A stretch of 64,000 nt of DNA from an uncultured Chloroflexia bacterium (lineage in GTDB: Bacteria > Chloroflexota > Anaerolineae > Anaerolineales > UBA4823). The notes beneath the pieces are model-generated. The model had not been told where the DNA came from, made no database searches, and worked only from the letters and a program-made list of their open reading frames with translations. The position numbers were made by a program, and so were the translations under genes. The DNA is taken from the NCBI GenBank assembly GCA_963698715.1, contig CAVORW010000003.1:294670-358669 (forward strand), in the 5' to 3' direction. Position 1 is the stretch's first letter, and every line of letters starts with the position of its first letter. Below are positions 8,951 to 18,878 of this stretch, one piece after another.

Positions 8951-9029
8951 TTTCTCGGTAATCTGTTTACTCTGTCCTGGGTGTCTGCTGACAATGAACA
9001 GGTACACCAGGTTCGATAGAAATACAAGG

Positions 9030-9060
9030 CACCTCCCGAATATTAAATTCGGGAGGTGTT
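9030..9060 (+). terminator. intrinsic terminator-like hairpin after the repeat-protein gene
   Basis: CACCTCCCGAAT (9030-9041) pairs with ATTCGGGAGGTG (9047-9058) around a 5-nt loop. It is followed by TTGATT. Confidence 0.55.
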
Positions 9061-9886
9061 GATTCAGGGCTAGATAAAAGAAGACCTCCTGATAAGTTTA
9101 CTCTGCCAAGAAAAAACGAGAATCAGGAGGTCAACACATGGAAAAGCATACAGCGAATCACCTTGCCGGCCGAGGGTCTGCCTGCCACTCTATAGTATTT
9201 GTCGATCTATGTACCGCTTTGCCCAGCCGCTACTGGGGGAACTGGTCGCTAACAGGTTTGATGGCTGGTGCAATCCTTTCTGGATCTCATGCTGGTGATC
9301 ATCATGCATCGTCATCGCAATCACAGCTTGCTGCTGAGCGAACCAGGTGTCTATCTATTGGGAGGGGAAGATGTTCACGCCGGAACCAAACGGATCAGTA
9401 ATTTGTTACCCAGCCAAGGCAGGGAGGCCAAAGCGATTACTATATTATCCCGCCGACCGAATGTCCGGATTTTGTGCCAGGTTGAATTGGCTGCAAGTGG
9501 TAATGACCGGATCGAAGGGCGCCTCCGCCCTGATCCATATCCGCTTTTGGACAACCCGGGGCGTGGCTCAAACCACCAAACGAGAGCGTGAGCAACGCCT
9601 GCTGCGGGATGTGGTCAAACGTTGGGGCAGAATGGTGGTCCGCCTCTGGGACCGTGGCTCTGCTGGAGCTTCCCTTGTGTTCCTGGCTTTTCAGACACTG
9701 GTACCACAGAACGGAAAAGCGGAACTGCTCAACCGCAGCTCCGCTTTTCCGTTTTCGCTTAACCTAGAGTGCTTTTTGGTTCGCTTTCAGATCCTTTTCA
9801 CTGCCTAGAATAAATTAGGGGTTTGCCATGTTTCTTTATTTTCAAACCCTTATGAGAATGTTTCGTAAAGCGCTTCATCTACAGAT

Positions 9887-10630
9887 CTATCCAGCTTTTC
9901 CTTCCAGATACTGGATTAAAGCATCCAGCAAGGCCGTTGGAACGCCGATATTGATCCGCCCTCCATTGGCTGCTCGACTGGCAGTCATGGTGGCCTGCTG
10001 CTCAGGGGTTATGTTGCCGCCGCCACTCTGAGATGCGCCGCCAAACCCACCTCCGCCACCTGGACCGCCTCCAAAGCCGCTTCCCGACCCGCTTCCAGGG
10101 AGGGGAAAACCGCCCTGGGGAAACTCCCCACTCTCACGGGCAGCCTGGGCTGTGGCCTGCTGCTCGGTGGTCATATTGGCGAACCGCCCGCCATTCGAGA
10201 ACAGCTCAATACCAAGATCTTCAGCAATTTCCGCCATCGAGGCTTGGGTAAGCTCCATTTGATCTATGGCTGCAATCTGGTCGGCAGACATGGTTTCCTG
10301 AATTTGGATGTAAAGAGCTTCTATCTCTTCAGTCGCGACGGTTTCACTGCTGCCCAGGCTGCGGACGGCTTTCCAGAGCGGCAGTAAAGCTGCGGCTTCT
10401 TCGGCGCTGATATCATTCGCACTGTCAGCCAGTTTGAAGGTGCCCAACGCCATCTTGAGACTGTTAGGGAGATCGGAGGCAGCGCTGTCCGTTTGAGCGG
10501 ACGATCCGCTTGCACCCGCCGATTGAGCCGTTGTCCCAGGAAGCGAGTTCGCCTCTGTAGCAGCAGTCCCGCAAGCCGATATGACCAGCGTTGCCACCAG
10601 CAGGCTGATGAGTAACCTAGATTGTTTCAT
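9887..10630 (-). CDS. lipoprotein with a Gly-rich segment, last gene of the ABC-exporter operon, function unknown
   Basis: An internal ATG at 10628-10630 is preceded by AAGGAAGGA. The signal peptide with lipobox is MKQSRLLISLLVATLVISAC. Repeated (M/I)T(T/P)EQQAT motifs and a GSGSGSGFGGGPGGGGGFGG block are present. Confidence 0.6.
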   Translation of the reverse strand: MKQSRLLISLLVATLVISACGTAATEANSLPGTTAQSAGASGSSAQTDSAASDLPNSLKMALGTFKLADSANDISAEEAAALLPLWKAVRSLGSSETVATEEIEALYIQIQETMSADQIAAIDQMELTQASMAEIAEDLGIELFSNGGRFANMTTEQQATAQAARESGEFPQGGFPLPGSGSGSGFGGGPGGGGGFGGASQSGGGNITPEQQATMTASRAANGGRINIGVPTALLDALIQYLEGKAG

Positions 10631-10694
10631 TATTTTATTCCTTCCTTGATTAATCACGTAATTTGGGCCAGGATCTTTCGATCCGTGCTTGGTT

Positions 10695-11921
10695 TTATTC
10701 GTGCCGCAAAGCTTCAATCGGGTCCAGCCCGGCGGCCTTGTTTGCCGGATAATATCCGAAAAAGATCCCCACGGCCGCGGCGGATGAAAAAGCTACGAGG
10801 ATTGAAACTGGTGCAACCACTGTACGCATATCACCCAGTTCTCCAAACAGCCATGAGCCGCCGACGCCGGTCAGCACCCCAATCAATCCACCAACCAGGC
10901 TGAGCAGCAGGGCTTCAGTCAAGAACTGCATGCGGATATCGCTGGGAGTCGCTCCGACCGATTGGCGAATTCCAATTTCCCGGGTGCGTTCGGTGACACT
11001 GACCATCATAATGTTCATAATACCGATGCCGCCCACCAGTAGAGAAACACCAGCTACCCAGCCCAGGAGGTTGCGAAATGCAGCCGTGGTAGCCTCCTGC
11101 GTCTGGATCAAGTCAGATTGAGATTGGACGGTGAAATCAAGAGCGTCGAGTGAAACATCGTGCTGTTTGGCAAGCAGCAGTTCGATTTGATAGATGACAT
11201 CTTCAACTACACCCTGATTTTCAACTTCCACATAGATTATCCTGACCCGATCGCCAAACATGCGGGCGAACTGGCTTGGGGTAAATTTATCGAACACCAG
11301 GGTGATTGGCGCGAAAAGATAAGCATCGTAATCGATGCCGCTGGTGAGACCCTTCTCTGCCATAACCCCGATCACGGTCAGTTTGGTGCTGCCCACCGTG
11401 ACGATCTGGCCTACCGGTGGGGTATCGCCAAATAATTCACTGGCTAGTGAGGCTCCCAGTACAGCCACCTTTTGGGTGCGATCAATATCTATTTGGTTGA
11501 CATAACGCCCACTGCCGATCTCCATATCTCGCACGGATGGAAAATCCGGGGTTGTGCCCAGAATTGCAACCTCATCCAGTGATACATTGCCTGCTTTGAC
11601 AGTCTGGCTGCTAGCTTGCTCGACATTGACTGCTTTGACTCCTGTTATACCGGCAATCGCGGCGGCATCGTCGAACACCAGTCCGCCGGAGGTTTGACCT
11701 TGCCCCGGGCCGCCGCGCGTGAAAGCAGCCTGCACGAACAGCAGGTTCGTCCCGAGAGTGTTGATCTGATCTTCTATCGCCGCTTCGGTACCGGCGCTGA
11801 CAGAGACCATGACAATTACTGCCGAAACACCGATAATAACGCCCAGCATGGTGAGTAGTGAGCGGAGTTTATTGCGGGTTAAACCTTTCCAGGCAATTCG
11901 AATAACTTTAGCGAGGTTCAT
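10695..11921 (-). CDS. ABC transporter permease, MacB/FtsX family
   Basis: 408 aa. It has an N-terminal TM helix, a large periplasmic MacB_PCD-like domain, and a C-terminal FtsX-type 3-TM bundle (REIGIRQSVGATPSDIRMQFLTEALLLS). Confidence 0.85.
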   Translation of the reverse strand: MNLAKVIRIAWKGLTRNKLRSLLTMLGVIIGVSAVIVMVSVSAGTEAAIEDQINTLGTNLLFVQAAFTRGGPGQGQTSGGLVFDDAAAIAGITGVKAVNVEQASSQTVKAGNVSLDEVAILGTTPDFPSVRDMEIGSGRYVNQIDIDRTQKVAVLGASLASELFGDTPPVGQIVTVGSTKLTVIGVMAEKGLTSGIDYDAYLFAPITLVFDKFTPSQFARMFGDRVRIIYVEVENQGVVEDVIYQIELLLAKQHDVSLDALDFTVQSQSDLIQTQEATTAAFRNLLGWVAGVSLLVGGIGIMNIMMVSVTERTREIGIRQSVGATPSDIRMQFLTEALLLSLVGGLIGVLTGVGGSWLFGELGDMRTVVAPVSILVAFSSAAAVGIFFGYYPANKAAGLDPIEALRHE

Positions 11922-11953
11922 GCTCTTGTTCCTTGTGAATGGTTGGGGCAGAC

Positions 11954-12691
11954 CTACAAAGTTTGACTGCTGCCAACAGGTGTCGGGATCCGATGTCCAT
12001 TTTGAAGATCGGTAAGAATTCGACCGTCTTTGAAATGGATCACTCGTTCGGCGTAGGCTGCAATTTCATCCTCGTGCGTGACTATAACGATCGTGCTGCC
12101 CTGCGCGTGCAGAACTGACAGCAAGCCCATAATTTCCTCGCCGGAATAGGAATCCAGGTTGCCAGTCGGTTCATCAGCCAGCAGTAAAACGGGATCGTTG
12201 ACCAGCGCACGGGCGATAGCCACCCGCTGCTTTTGACCGCCGGATAGCTCCTGGGGATTGTGCAGCATGCGATCGGCCAGCCCTACCGATTCAAGCACCT
12301 GCTTGGCACGTTCTATTTGATCGTCATCCGAGACATGATTATCGCGGTTGTACAATAGTGGAAGCATCACATTTTCCAGGGCGGTGGTACGCGCCAGCAG
12401 ATTGTAGGACTGGAAAACAAATCCAATCTTGCGGTTGCGGATATGGGCGAGTTGGGCTTTGCTTAGATCGCTGACATCCTCACCGGCCAAAAAGTATTTT
12501 CCAGAGGTGGGGCGATCAAGACAGCCCAAGATGTTCATTAAAGTGCTTTTTCCTGAACCTGAAGGGCCCATCACGGCGACGAATTCCCCTTCCTGAATTT
12601 CCAGATCGATATTTTCCAAGGCAATCACCTGGATGTCGCCCATTCCATAAATCTTGGTTAAATCGAAGGTTTGGATAATTGCTGATTTCAT
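11954..12691 (-). CDS. ABC transporter ATP-binding protein, MacB/LolD-like
   Basis: Walker A GPSGSGKST, Q-loop, signature LSGGQKQRVAIARAL, and Walker B LLLADEPTGNLD. The start overlaps the upstream adaptor stop by 1 nt (TAATG at 12689-12693). Confidence 0.9.
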   Translation of the reverse strand: MKSAIIQTFDLTKIYGMGDIQVIALENIDLEIQEGEFVAVMGPSGSGKSTLMNILGCLDRPTSGKYFLAGEDVSDLSKAQLAHIRNRKIGFVFQSYNLLARTTALENVMLPLLYNRDNHVSDDDQIERAKQVLESVGLADRMLHNPQELSGGQKQRVAIARALVNDPVLLLADEPTGNLDSYSGEEIMGLLSVLHAQGSTIVIVTHEDEIAAYAERVIHFKDGRILTDLQNGHRIPTPVGSSQTL

Positions 12692-14328
12692 TACGGGTTA
12701 CCTTTTGATAATTCGACCGCGCCGGTTGTTACTATCTCTCCAGCTTGCAGTCCGCTTGTGATCTCAGCTGAGATCAGATCCATCAGGCCGATGGTTACGA
12801 GGCGTTGTTCCGGTTGGCTATCCCAAATCACATAAACCATGGCAGTTCCATCCTCAAGCTGATGAATGGCTTCCACCGGCACCAGGACTGCATTGGCGGC
12901 TTTTCCAATAAAAATTTCTACGTTTGCATTCAAGCCGAGAGGTAATTGAACTGAAGTACGATCCTCCGGCTGATCCAGGCGAACCCATGCGTGGGCTGAA
13001 TAAGTGTTGCCGGACAGCTGTAAGCTGGGGTCGATCCTGATCACCTGACCGGAAAAAGCCACCTCAGGCAGCGCATCAAACACCACCTGAGCTTCCATGC
13101 CGGTTTGGACCATGATGAGATCGTTTTCATCCAGGCTTACTTCGATTATGGATTGGCTTAGGTTTGCCAGGGTGATGGCGGTAGTGTTGTCGACGCGGTC
13201 GCCGGGTTCGGTCTTGACGGAGAGGATGGTGCCGTTAAAAGGGGCCTTCAACTCCAGGACCAGCTCTTCCTGCTCTACCAAAGCCAATTTAGCCCTGGCT
13301 TCCGCCAGCTGGGTTTCTGCTAGTTGCAGGGCAACCGGGTCGGGACCATCCTGGACGCGCTCCCAAGCAGCCTGGGCCTCCCTGACATTTAGCTCTGCTT
13401 CAGTCATGTCCACTTGGTTCGGCTCAGCCTGTGCCGATATAAGCTCCCGCTGGGCCTGGGCTAACTCGGCTTGAGCGCTGGTTAGCTGAACTTCCGCCAA
13501 CGACACGCTGGCAGGATCGCCCGGATCGCCCATGCTGGCAACTTTGTAGCTGGCGTTATCTAAATCGATCTTTTGTTGGGCCAGGGTGATTTGCATCTGG
13601 ATGAGCTGATTTTCAAGCCGATCGCGTACCGTTTCGTTTGGAGCGCTTTTAATCTGGTTTTCCAGTTTAGCAGTAGAGCCCAGTAGATCCTGGTAATCCT
13701 TTTGCTTGAACAACAGGCTGGCGTTGGCAATATCAACTGCTTGCTGCGATGGCATCGATTGGAGGATATATAAGTTCATCTCCGCGATGGAGACTGCTTG
13801 ATTGGCTGTAGCGACTGCCTTCATTGCTTGAGCCTGTTTCATTTCAGTGTGACTCAAGTCGTCCAGCGCCGCCTGGCTGGTTTCGAGACCGCTCAGCGCC
13901 TGAGCCGCTTCCAGGTCGGCGTTCGCAACCAGCTGATCCAGATTTTGTTGAGCCTGGATGACCGCCAATTGCGCACTGGTAAGCTTCGCTTGATGTTCCG
14001 CCGGGGTCAGGTCCAGCTTGAGCCGGGCGAGCAGTTCCCCGGCCTGCACCTGGTCACCAGCTGCCACATGCATCTCGAGCAGGGTGCCGGTTTGTCCAAA
14101 TGACAAATCCGAACTGCTGACCGGCGCCAGCTCGCCTGAGCCGCGAATGGAGACGGTCAGATCTCCCCTGCGCGCCATGGTCTGGGGGATGGTCGTTGGA
14201 TCTGGATCGGAGTCTTGCGCCAGGCCGGTTGCACTCCCATTCCTGAATAGATAGGCATAAAAGGTCACAGCCAGAGCCAGCACGATTCCCAAGATGGCTA
14301 ACATCCATCGCTTGCGTTTCACGGTCAT
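12691..14328 (-). CDS. HlyD/membrane-fusion-protein family periplasmic adaptor (second copy)
   Basis: I prefer the ATG at 14326-14328 (MTVKRKRWMLAILGIVLALAV...), 5 nt after the upstream stop and with a GGAG just upstream. It has an N-terminal TM anchor, a lipoyl-like segment, a very long Ala/Gln-rich coiled coil, and a C-terminal beta-barrel (LVPVEAI...VTIGL). Confidence 0.8.
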   Translation of the reverse strand: MTVKRKRWMLAILGIVLALAVTFYAYLFRNGSATGLAQDSDPDPTTIPQTMARRGDLTVSIRGSGELAPVSSSDLSFGQTGTLLEMHVAAGDQVQAGELLARLKLDLTPAEHQAKLTSAQLAVIQAQQNLDQLVANADLEAAQALSGLETSQAALDDLSHTEMKQAQAMKAVATANQAVSIAEMNLYILQSMPSQQAVDIANASLLFKQKDYQDLLGSTAKLENQIKSAPNETVRDRLENQLIQMQITLAQQKIDLDNASYKVASMGDPGDPASVSLAEVQLTSAQAELAQAQRELISAQAEPNQVDMTEAELNVREAQAAWERVQDGPDPVALQLAETQLAEARAKLALVEQEELVLELKAPFNGTILSVKTEPGDRVDNTTAITLANLSQSIIEVSLDENDLIMVQTGMEAQVVFDALPEVAFSGQVIRIDPSLQLSGNTYSAHAWVRLDQPEDRTSVQLPLGLNANVEIFIGKAANAVLVPVEAIHQLEDGTAMVYVIWDSQPEQRLVTIGLMDLISAEITSGLQAGEIVTTGAVELSKGNP

Positions 14329-14332
14329 ACTC

Positions 14333-15979
14333 CTAAGAACCCGAGCTGCTGGTTTCGATCGTGCCGGTGGTGACAATTTCCCCTGCTTCCAGGCCGCTGC
14401 TGATCTCGGCAGAGGTGTAATCCATCAGGCCGACCGTCACCACTCGCAGCTTGGGCTGTCCGTCCGTCATCACAAAGACCGCATATTCGCCGGGAGAAAT
14501 TTCTCGCAGAGCTTCCACCGGGACCAAGACTGCATTGATCGTTTCACCGCCGATCACATCGACACTGGCATTCGACCCGACTGGGAGAGACTGCGGTTTC
14601 GAGAAGGACTCGGGGTCAAGCTGGACCTGAGCGACCAGGGTCTGGACATTCCCGCTGCTTTGCAGGCTGGGGTCGACTGAGGTGACGTGCCCGGCAAAGG
14701 TTGAATCGGGCAGGGCGTCAAAAACCACATTGGCCTTGTAACCGATTACAATCTTGTTTAAATCCGTTTCGTCCATATAAATTTTTAGAACCGGCAGGCT
14801 GAGATCGGCCATGCTGATGATTGATCCGCTGCCAACGGCCTCGCCGACACTGGCGCTGATCGTCAGGATCGTGCCGTCTGCAGGAGCGGACAACTCGACG
14901 AGGGGCTGGTCTTCCTGAGCCAGTGCCAGTTGCGCCTGGGCATCGGCCAATTTGGCCTGGGCCAGTTCAACCGCAGCCGGGTCAGGTCCATTCTTCAGGG
15001 TGTCATATTTGGTCTGAGCGACGGCGAGTTGGGCCTGCGCCAGGGCAATTTCCCCTGGAGTAGGACCATCTTTCACGCGCTCGTACGTTCGCTGCGCGTC
15101 CGTCAGGGCGGCTTTGGCTGCCGCCAGATTAGCTTCGGTGGTTTGCTGATCGATTTCGCTGCCGGTGCTGGTCAGTGAGTTGAAATTGCGCAGGGCGCTG
15201 TCGTAGGCCGCCTGAGCGGAAGAAAGCTTTAACTGCCGGTTGGCTTTTTCAAGATCGTTATCCGGCTTATTAGCATATTCTTCATACTTGCTTTTGGCTT
15301 CTTTTAGATTCTTTTCTGCAAGTACCAACTCAGCATTGGCTTGATCGATATAATTTTGTTCGGCGGTAGACCGCACATTGTTGTACATCCGCTGGGCTTC
15401 ATTAAGCGCTTCCTGGGCATCGGCAACCGCTTGTTGAGCCTGGGCCAGGCGAAGATCGCTGTTTTGGATGTCATCCAGCGCCTGCTGGGTATCCTCGACG
15501 TCTTTTAATGCCTGGGCGGCATCCATTTCGGCGGAATCGGTCAGGTCATCCATAGCTTGCTGTGCTTCGATTACGTTCAACTCGGCCTGGGCCAGGGCAA
15601 GGGCGATATCCTGATCGGATTTGCCCGTATCCAGACGGGCCAGCACCTGCTCGGCCTGGACTTTATCGCCCACGTTGACCAGCAGTTCAAACAATGTGCC
15701 GTTCTCATCGAAGCCAAGATTGATCTCGGAGGCCGGGATCACTTCCCCGACACCGCTCGCAAAGACCGTCAGGTCACCCTGCCGGGCCACTGCAGTTTGA
15801 ACTTGAGGTGTCGCGTCCGTTTGTGGATTGCCTGCTGAAAGCACCCGATAGGCGCTAAATCCTCCTGCGCCGATCAGTACGATCACAGCCCCTGCCATCC
15901 AAATCCGCTTTTGACGGATGAATCTTTTCAGCTCAAATTTCTTCTTAGCCGTCATTGCCGGTTGAGTTTGTTCTTTCAT
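14333..15979 (-). CDS. HlyD/membrane-fusion-protein family periplasmic adaptor (first copy)
   Basis: 548 aa with the same architecture as the downstream paralogue. The C-terminal ends are alike (VTVGLMDYTSAEISSGLEAGEIVTTG versus VTIGLMDLISAEITSGLQAGEIVTTG). Confidence 0.8.
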   Translation of the reverse strand: MKEQTQPAMTAKKKFELKRFIRQKRIWMAGAVIVLIGAGGFSAYRVLSAGNPQTDATPQVQTAVARQGDLTVFASGVGEVIPASEINLGFDENGTLFELLVNVGDKVQAEQVLARLDTGKSDQDIALALAQAELNVIEAQQAMDDLTDSAEMDAAQALKDVEDTQQALDDIQNSDLRLAQAQQAVADAQEALNEAQRMYNNVRSTAEQNYIDQANAELVLAEKNLKEAKSKYEEYANKPDNDLEKANRQLKLSSAQAAYDSALRNFNSLTSTGSEIDQQTTEANLAAAKAALTDAQRTYERVKDGPTPGEIALAQAQLAVAQTKYDTLKNGPDPAAVELAQAKLADAQAQLALAQEDQPLVELSAPADGTILTISASVGEAVGSGSIISMADLSLPVLKIYMDETDLNKIVIGYKANVVFDALPDSTFAGHVTSVDPSLQSSGNVQTLVAQVQLDPESFSKPQSLPVGSNASVDVIGGETINAVLVPVEALREISPGEYAVFVMTDGQPKLRVVTVGLMDYTSAEISSGLEAGEIVTTGTIETSSSGS

Positions 15980-16092
15980 CCCTACACTCCTTCAAAATGG
16001 GGAATAACTTTGATCTCCCTAACCGCGATTGCTGCGTGTCCAGTTTTATCCAAAGATAGCATCCTGTTTCACTCCTGGCCATACACCCGGTT

Positions 16093-16132
16093 AATAAAAA
16101 ATACTGTCGGGTAGGCCCTGCCCCGACAGTAT
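16093..16132 (-). terminator. intrinsic terminator of the DUF362 gene
   Basis: ATACTGTCGGG (16101-16111) pairs with CCCGACAGTAT (16122-16132). The A-run at 16095-16100 on the + strand gives a U-tract directly after the hairpin on the minus strand. Confidence 0.65.
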
Positions 16133-16224
16133 AGATTAAACCTGTTCAGAAGTTGTTAAGAACTGATGTGGAGTTTATATATTTTTTCCAGGTTTGGTTG
16201 ACCAGGAGCTCTGGAAAGATGAAG

Positions 16225-17388
16225 TTATTGGGCGGGGATGTAAGTGGCCTCCGCACGCGGGAATTGTTCTACGGGCAGTACGTCTACAAGCTCATAATCA
16301 CGTCTGCCCAGGCCTAATTTTTCACCGTATTCCAGCACTTTGTAAGGGTCTTTGTAAGGGCCATGCAGCCAGCGGAAAGGGTGGCCCTCTCGGGTATGGA
16401 CTTCCATAGAAACCGGCAAATTCTCTTCGATTAATGGCGTTTTAGCGGTTGTGTCCAGCACGGCCTGATCGAGTGCAATAATGTCGTCCGATCCAAATAT
16501 ACCGGCATCCGGCAGAATGGGCATACCGGTGAAGCCGAAGCAGTCACATACCGGCGTCATGTGGGTGGCGAGAACCAGATGAGTGGCTTTTTCTTTAGCG
16601 AAGGTGCTCATTGAAATAGCAGTACTGATTGCGTTGGCTTCCTGAAAAGAATGAAAATTTATCGGATCAATTTTCAGGCTGCCAGGTGGAGCCACCTTCA
16701 GACAGCGACCGCATTGGTTGCATTCTTCAATGTGCAGGTGAACTTCGCCGGGGTGCCTTTTATCTTCTACCAGCGCGCTGCTAGGGCAGGCAGCCATGAT
16801 CTGCTGGCGCGTTTCTTCATCCGGGCAAAGCTCGCCGAACCAGTAGCGATCAAAGTGGCAAGTGTCGTGAATGGCACTGCGTGTTTCGCCTGCCATGCAG
16901 CCCAGGGCAAGGTTTTTAATGGCGCCGCCGTAACCATTGCTGGGGTGGCCTTTGGCGTGAGCGAAGTTTATCAAAAAAGAGGCATCCTCTATCAATCCGG
17001 CGACCTGCCAGGTCTTAATGTTTTTATATGGCCATTCATGAGGGTAACGATATTTCTCATCCAGGCCTGCGACTGGAAAGATTGGGCAGCCCAGAACTTC
17101 CGCTGTATAACCGCGCTCAGCCCCCGATTGGGTATCCCAATCCAGGTCGCACACGAATGGCTGGCCGCCCCCATCTTTGACAGCCTGAACGACTTTGCGT
17201 ACAAAGACAGGATGGATGACTGAATAGCCTATATGATTGCCGACATGCATCTTGATGGCTACTTTTTCGTCTTTGACGCGCTCGCGGATGTGAAGTTTCT
17301 CAATAATCAGATCCAGCTTGGCAGGTAGGGTCTCTTTGGCATCCAGCCTGGCCTGGCGTGGAGAGCCAAAATACACAGTGCTTTTCAT
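16225..17388 (-). CDS. DUF362-domain protein with a ferredoxin-type 4Fe-4S motif
   Basis: An internal ATG at 17386-17388 is preceded by AAGGAG. MKSTVYFGSPRQARLD...VAIKMHVGN is typical of DUF362. A cysteine cluster CNQCGRCLKVAP lies in the middle. Confidence 0.65.
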   Translation of the reverse strand: MKSTVYFGSPRQARLDAKETLPAKLDLIIEKLHIRERVKDEKVAIKMHVGNHIGYSVIHPVFVRKVVQAVKDGGGQPFVCDLDWDTQSGAERGYTAEVLGCPIFPVAGLDEKYRYPHEWPYKNIKTWQVAGLIEDASFLINFAHAKGHPSNGYGGAIKNLALGCMAGETRSAIHDTCHFDRYWFGELCPDEETRQQIMAACPSSALVEDKRHPGEVHLHIEECNQCGRCLKVAPPGSLKIDPINFHSFQEANAISTAISMSTFAKEKATHLVLATHMTPVCDCFGFTGMPILPDAGIFGSDDIIALDQAVLDTTAKTPLIEENLPVSMEVHTREGHPFRWLHGPYKDPYKVLEYGEKLGLGRRDYELVDVLPVEQFPRAEATYIPAQ

Positions 17389-17611
17389 AATTGCAACTCC
17401 TTCTTGAAAATCTGGTTTATTGTATCTCACTTCACGAATAGCCCTCCCGATCACTCTGGAAATTCTCAATGGTTCCTTGGGAATCAACCTGCATTCGCCG
17501 GCTGCGCGATAAACATTTGCACGGAATTGCATGGAATGATAAGATCACACGCAATCAAAACCACTCCAACAAGAATGTCTCTCCGAGATGCTCGTGCGAT
17601 TGTAGGACGAA

Positions 17612-18577
17612 ATGGACAATTCCCAAAATCAACCTGCTCCGATGCTGTCTCGAGGGTACTGGATTTGCCTGGTGGGGGTTACATTCTGGTCAACAACTGG
17701 CATCCTGATCCGTTACCTGACCGTAAATTTCCAGCTCCCGGCCCTGGTCTTGGCCTTCTGGCGTGATTTATTCGTAGCCTTGGCCTTGCTGATCGGCTTG
17801 AAATTTGCTGGCCTTCATTTCTCTGCCACCATCCGCCGCCATTGGAAATTTCTGCTGTTCTATGGCTGGATGTTGTCAATCTTCAACGCCCTATGGACTT
17901 TTTCAGTAGCGCTGAATGGCGCGGCTGTATCCACCGTATTGGTGTACAGCTCACCGGCGTTTACAGCGGTTCTCGGGTGGTGGTTTTTTAAGGAGCAAAT
18001 CGGCTGGTTTAAAGTTGGGGTGATCTTGTTTTGCTTGGCCGGTACATTTCTTGTCTCCGAGGCTTATACTCGGGCGGTGTGGCAGGTCAACCTGGCCGGC
18101 GTAATCACCGGGGTGGCTTCTGGCTTGCTTTTCGCAGCATATGGTTTGTTTGGTAAGCTGGCAGTCAGGCGCCAGATCAACTCCTGGGTCAGCCTGGCGG
18201 TCACATTTGGGAGTGCGGCTGGTTTCCTGCTCTTTTATAACCTGATCGCCAGCCTAGCAAACGGCCGGACGCCGGTGGCCGATTTGTTATGGCTGGGTGA
18301 TTCCTTCTCCGGCTGGTCCATCCTGATCTTGCTGGCGCTGGTCCCTACTATTGCTGGTTACGGCCTGTATACCAACAGCCTTAATTATCTGCCCACCAAC
18401 GTCGCCAATCTGATCGCCACCCTGGAACCGGTGCAGACTACGATCCTGGCCGTGCTCTTGCTGGGGGAGACGATGGGCATTGCCCAACTTTGGGGAAGCA
18501 GCTTGATCCTGGGCAGCGTGATTGCCCTGCGCGTCTGGGAAGGGAGTCTCAGACGCCACGTGGTTGTTGCAAAGTGA
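17612..18577 (+). CDS. DMT-superfamily (EamA-like) transporter
   Basis: 321 aa with about 10 hydrophobic helices in two EamA-like halves. Confidence 0.8.
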   Translation: MDNSQNQPAPMLSRGYWICLVGVTFWSTTGILIRYLTVNFQLPALVLAFWRDLFVALALLIGLKFAGLHFSATIRRHWKFLLFYGWMLSIFNALWTFSVALNGAAVSTVLVYSSPAFTAVLGWWFFKEQIGWFKVGVILFCLAGTFLVSEAYTRAVWQVNLAGVITGVASGLLFAAYGLFGKLAVRRQINSWVSLAVTFGSAAGFLLFYNLIASLANGRTPVADLLWLGDSFSGWSILILLALVPTIAGYGLYTNSLNYLPTNVANLIATLEPVQTTILAVLLLGETMGIAQLWGSSLILGSVIALRVWEGSLRRHVVVAK

Positions 18578-18843
18578 AAACTTTAAGACCAGGTTTGTGG
18601 GATAAGCGTTATCAACAGCGAGTTGTAAAGCCGTGGTATTATCCGCTCTTGGGTTTGTGAATATCAAGGACTTGCGATATTATTTACTGCAGATATTAGT
18701 TTGGAGTGCATTTACGATGATACTTTATCACCGTCACACCTGAATATGACCCACCGGCATTGGACAACGCCCGGTAGCTAATCCTGATGCGCCGGCGTGT
18801 GGCGGAGAAAGGTAGATGCTTTAAAAGCAGACAAAACTTCCAG

Positions 18844-18878
18844 ACCACCGTATAGCCGTGCGCGGTGGTTTTTTATTT
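18844..18878 (+). terminator. intrinsic terminator about 45 nt upstream of the YedF-like gene
   Basis: ACCACCG (18844-18850) pairs with CGGTGGT (18863-18869). It is followed directly by TTTTTTATTT. Confidence 0.55.

Noticed and set aside
18735-18830. TPP-riboswitch-like fragments (ACCTGA..., CCTGATGCGCCGGCG...GGAGAAAGG) in the leader upstream of the YedF-like gene.
   Set aside because: The highly conserved CUGAGA element and the P4/P5 hairpin geometry are missing. The resemblance is limited to short strings. I kept only the generic candidate-leader finding.
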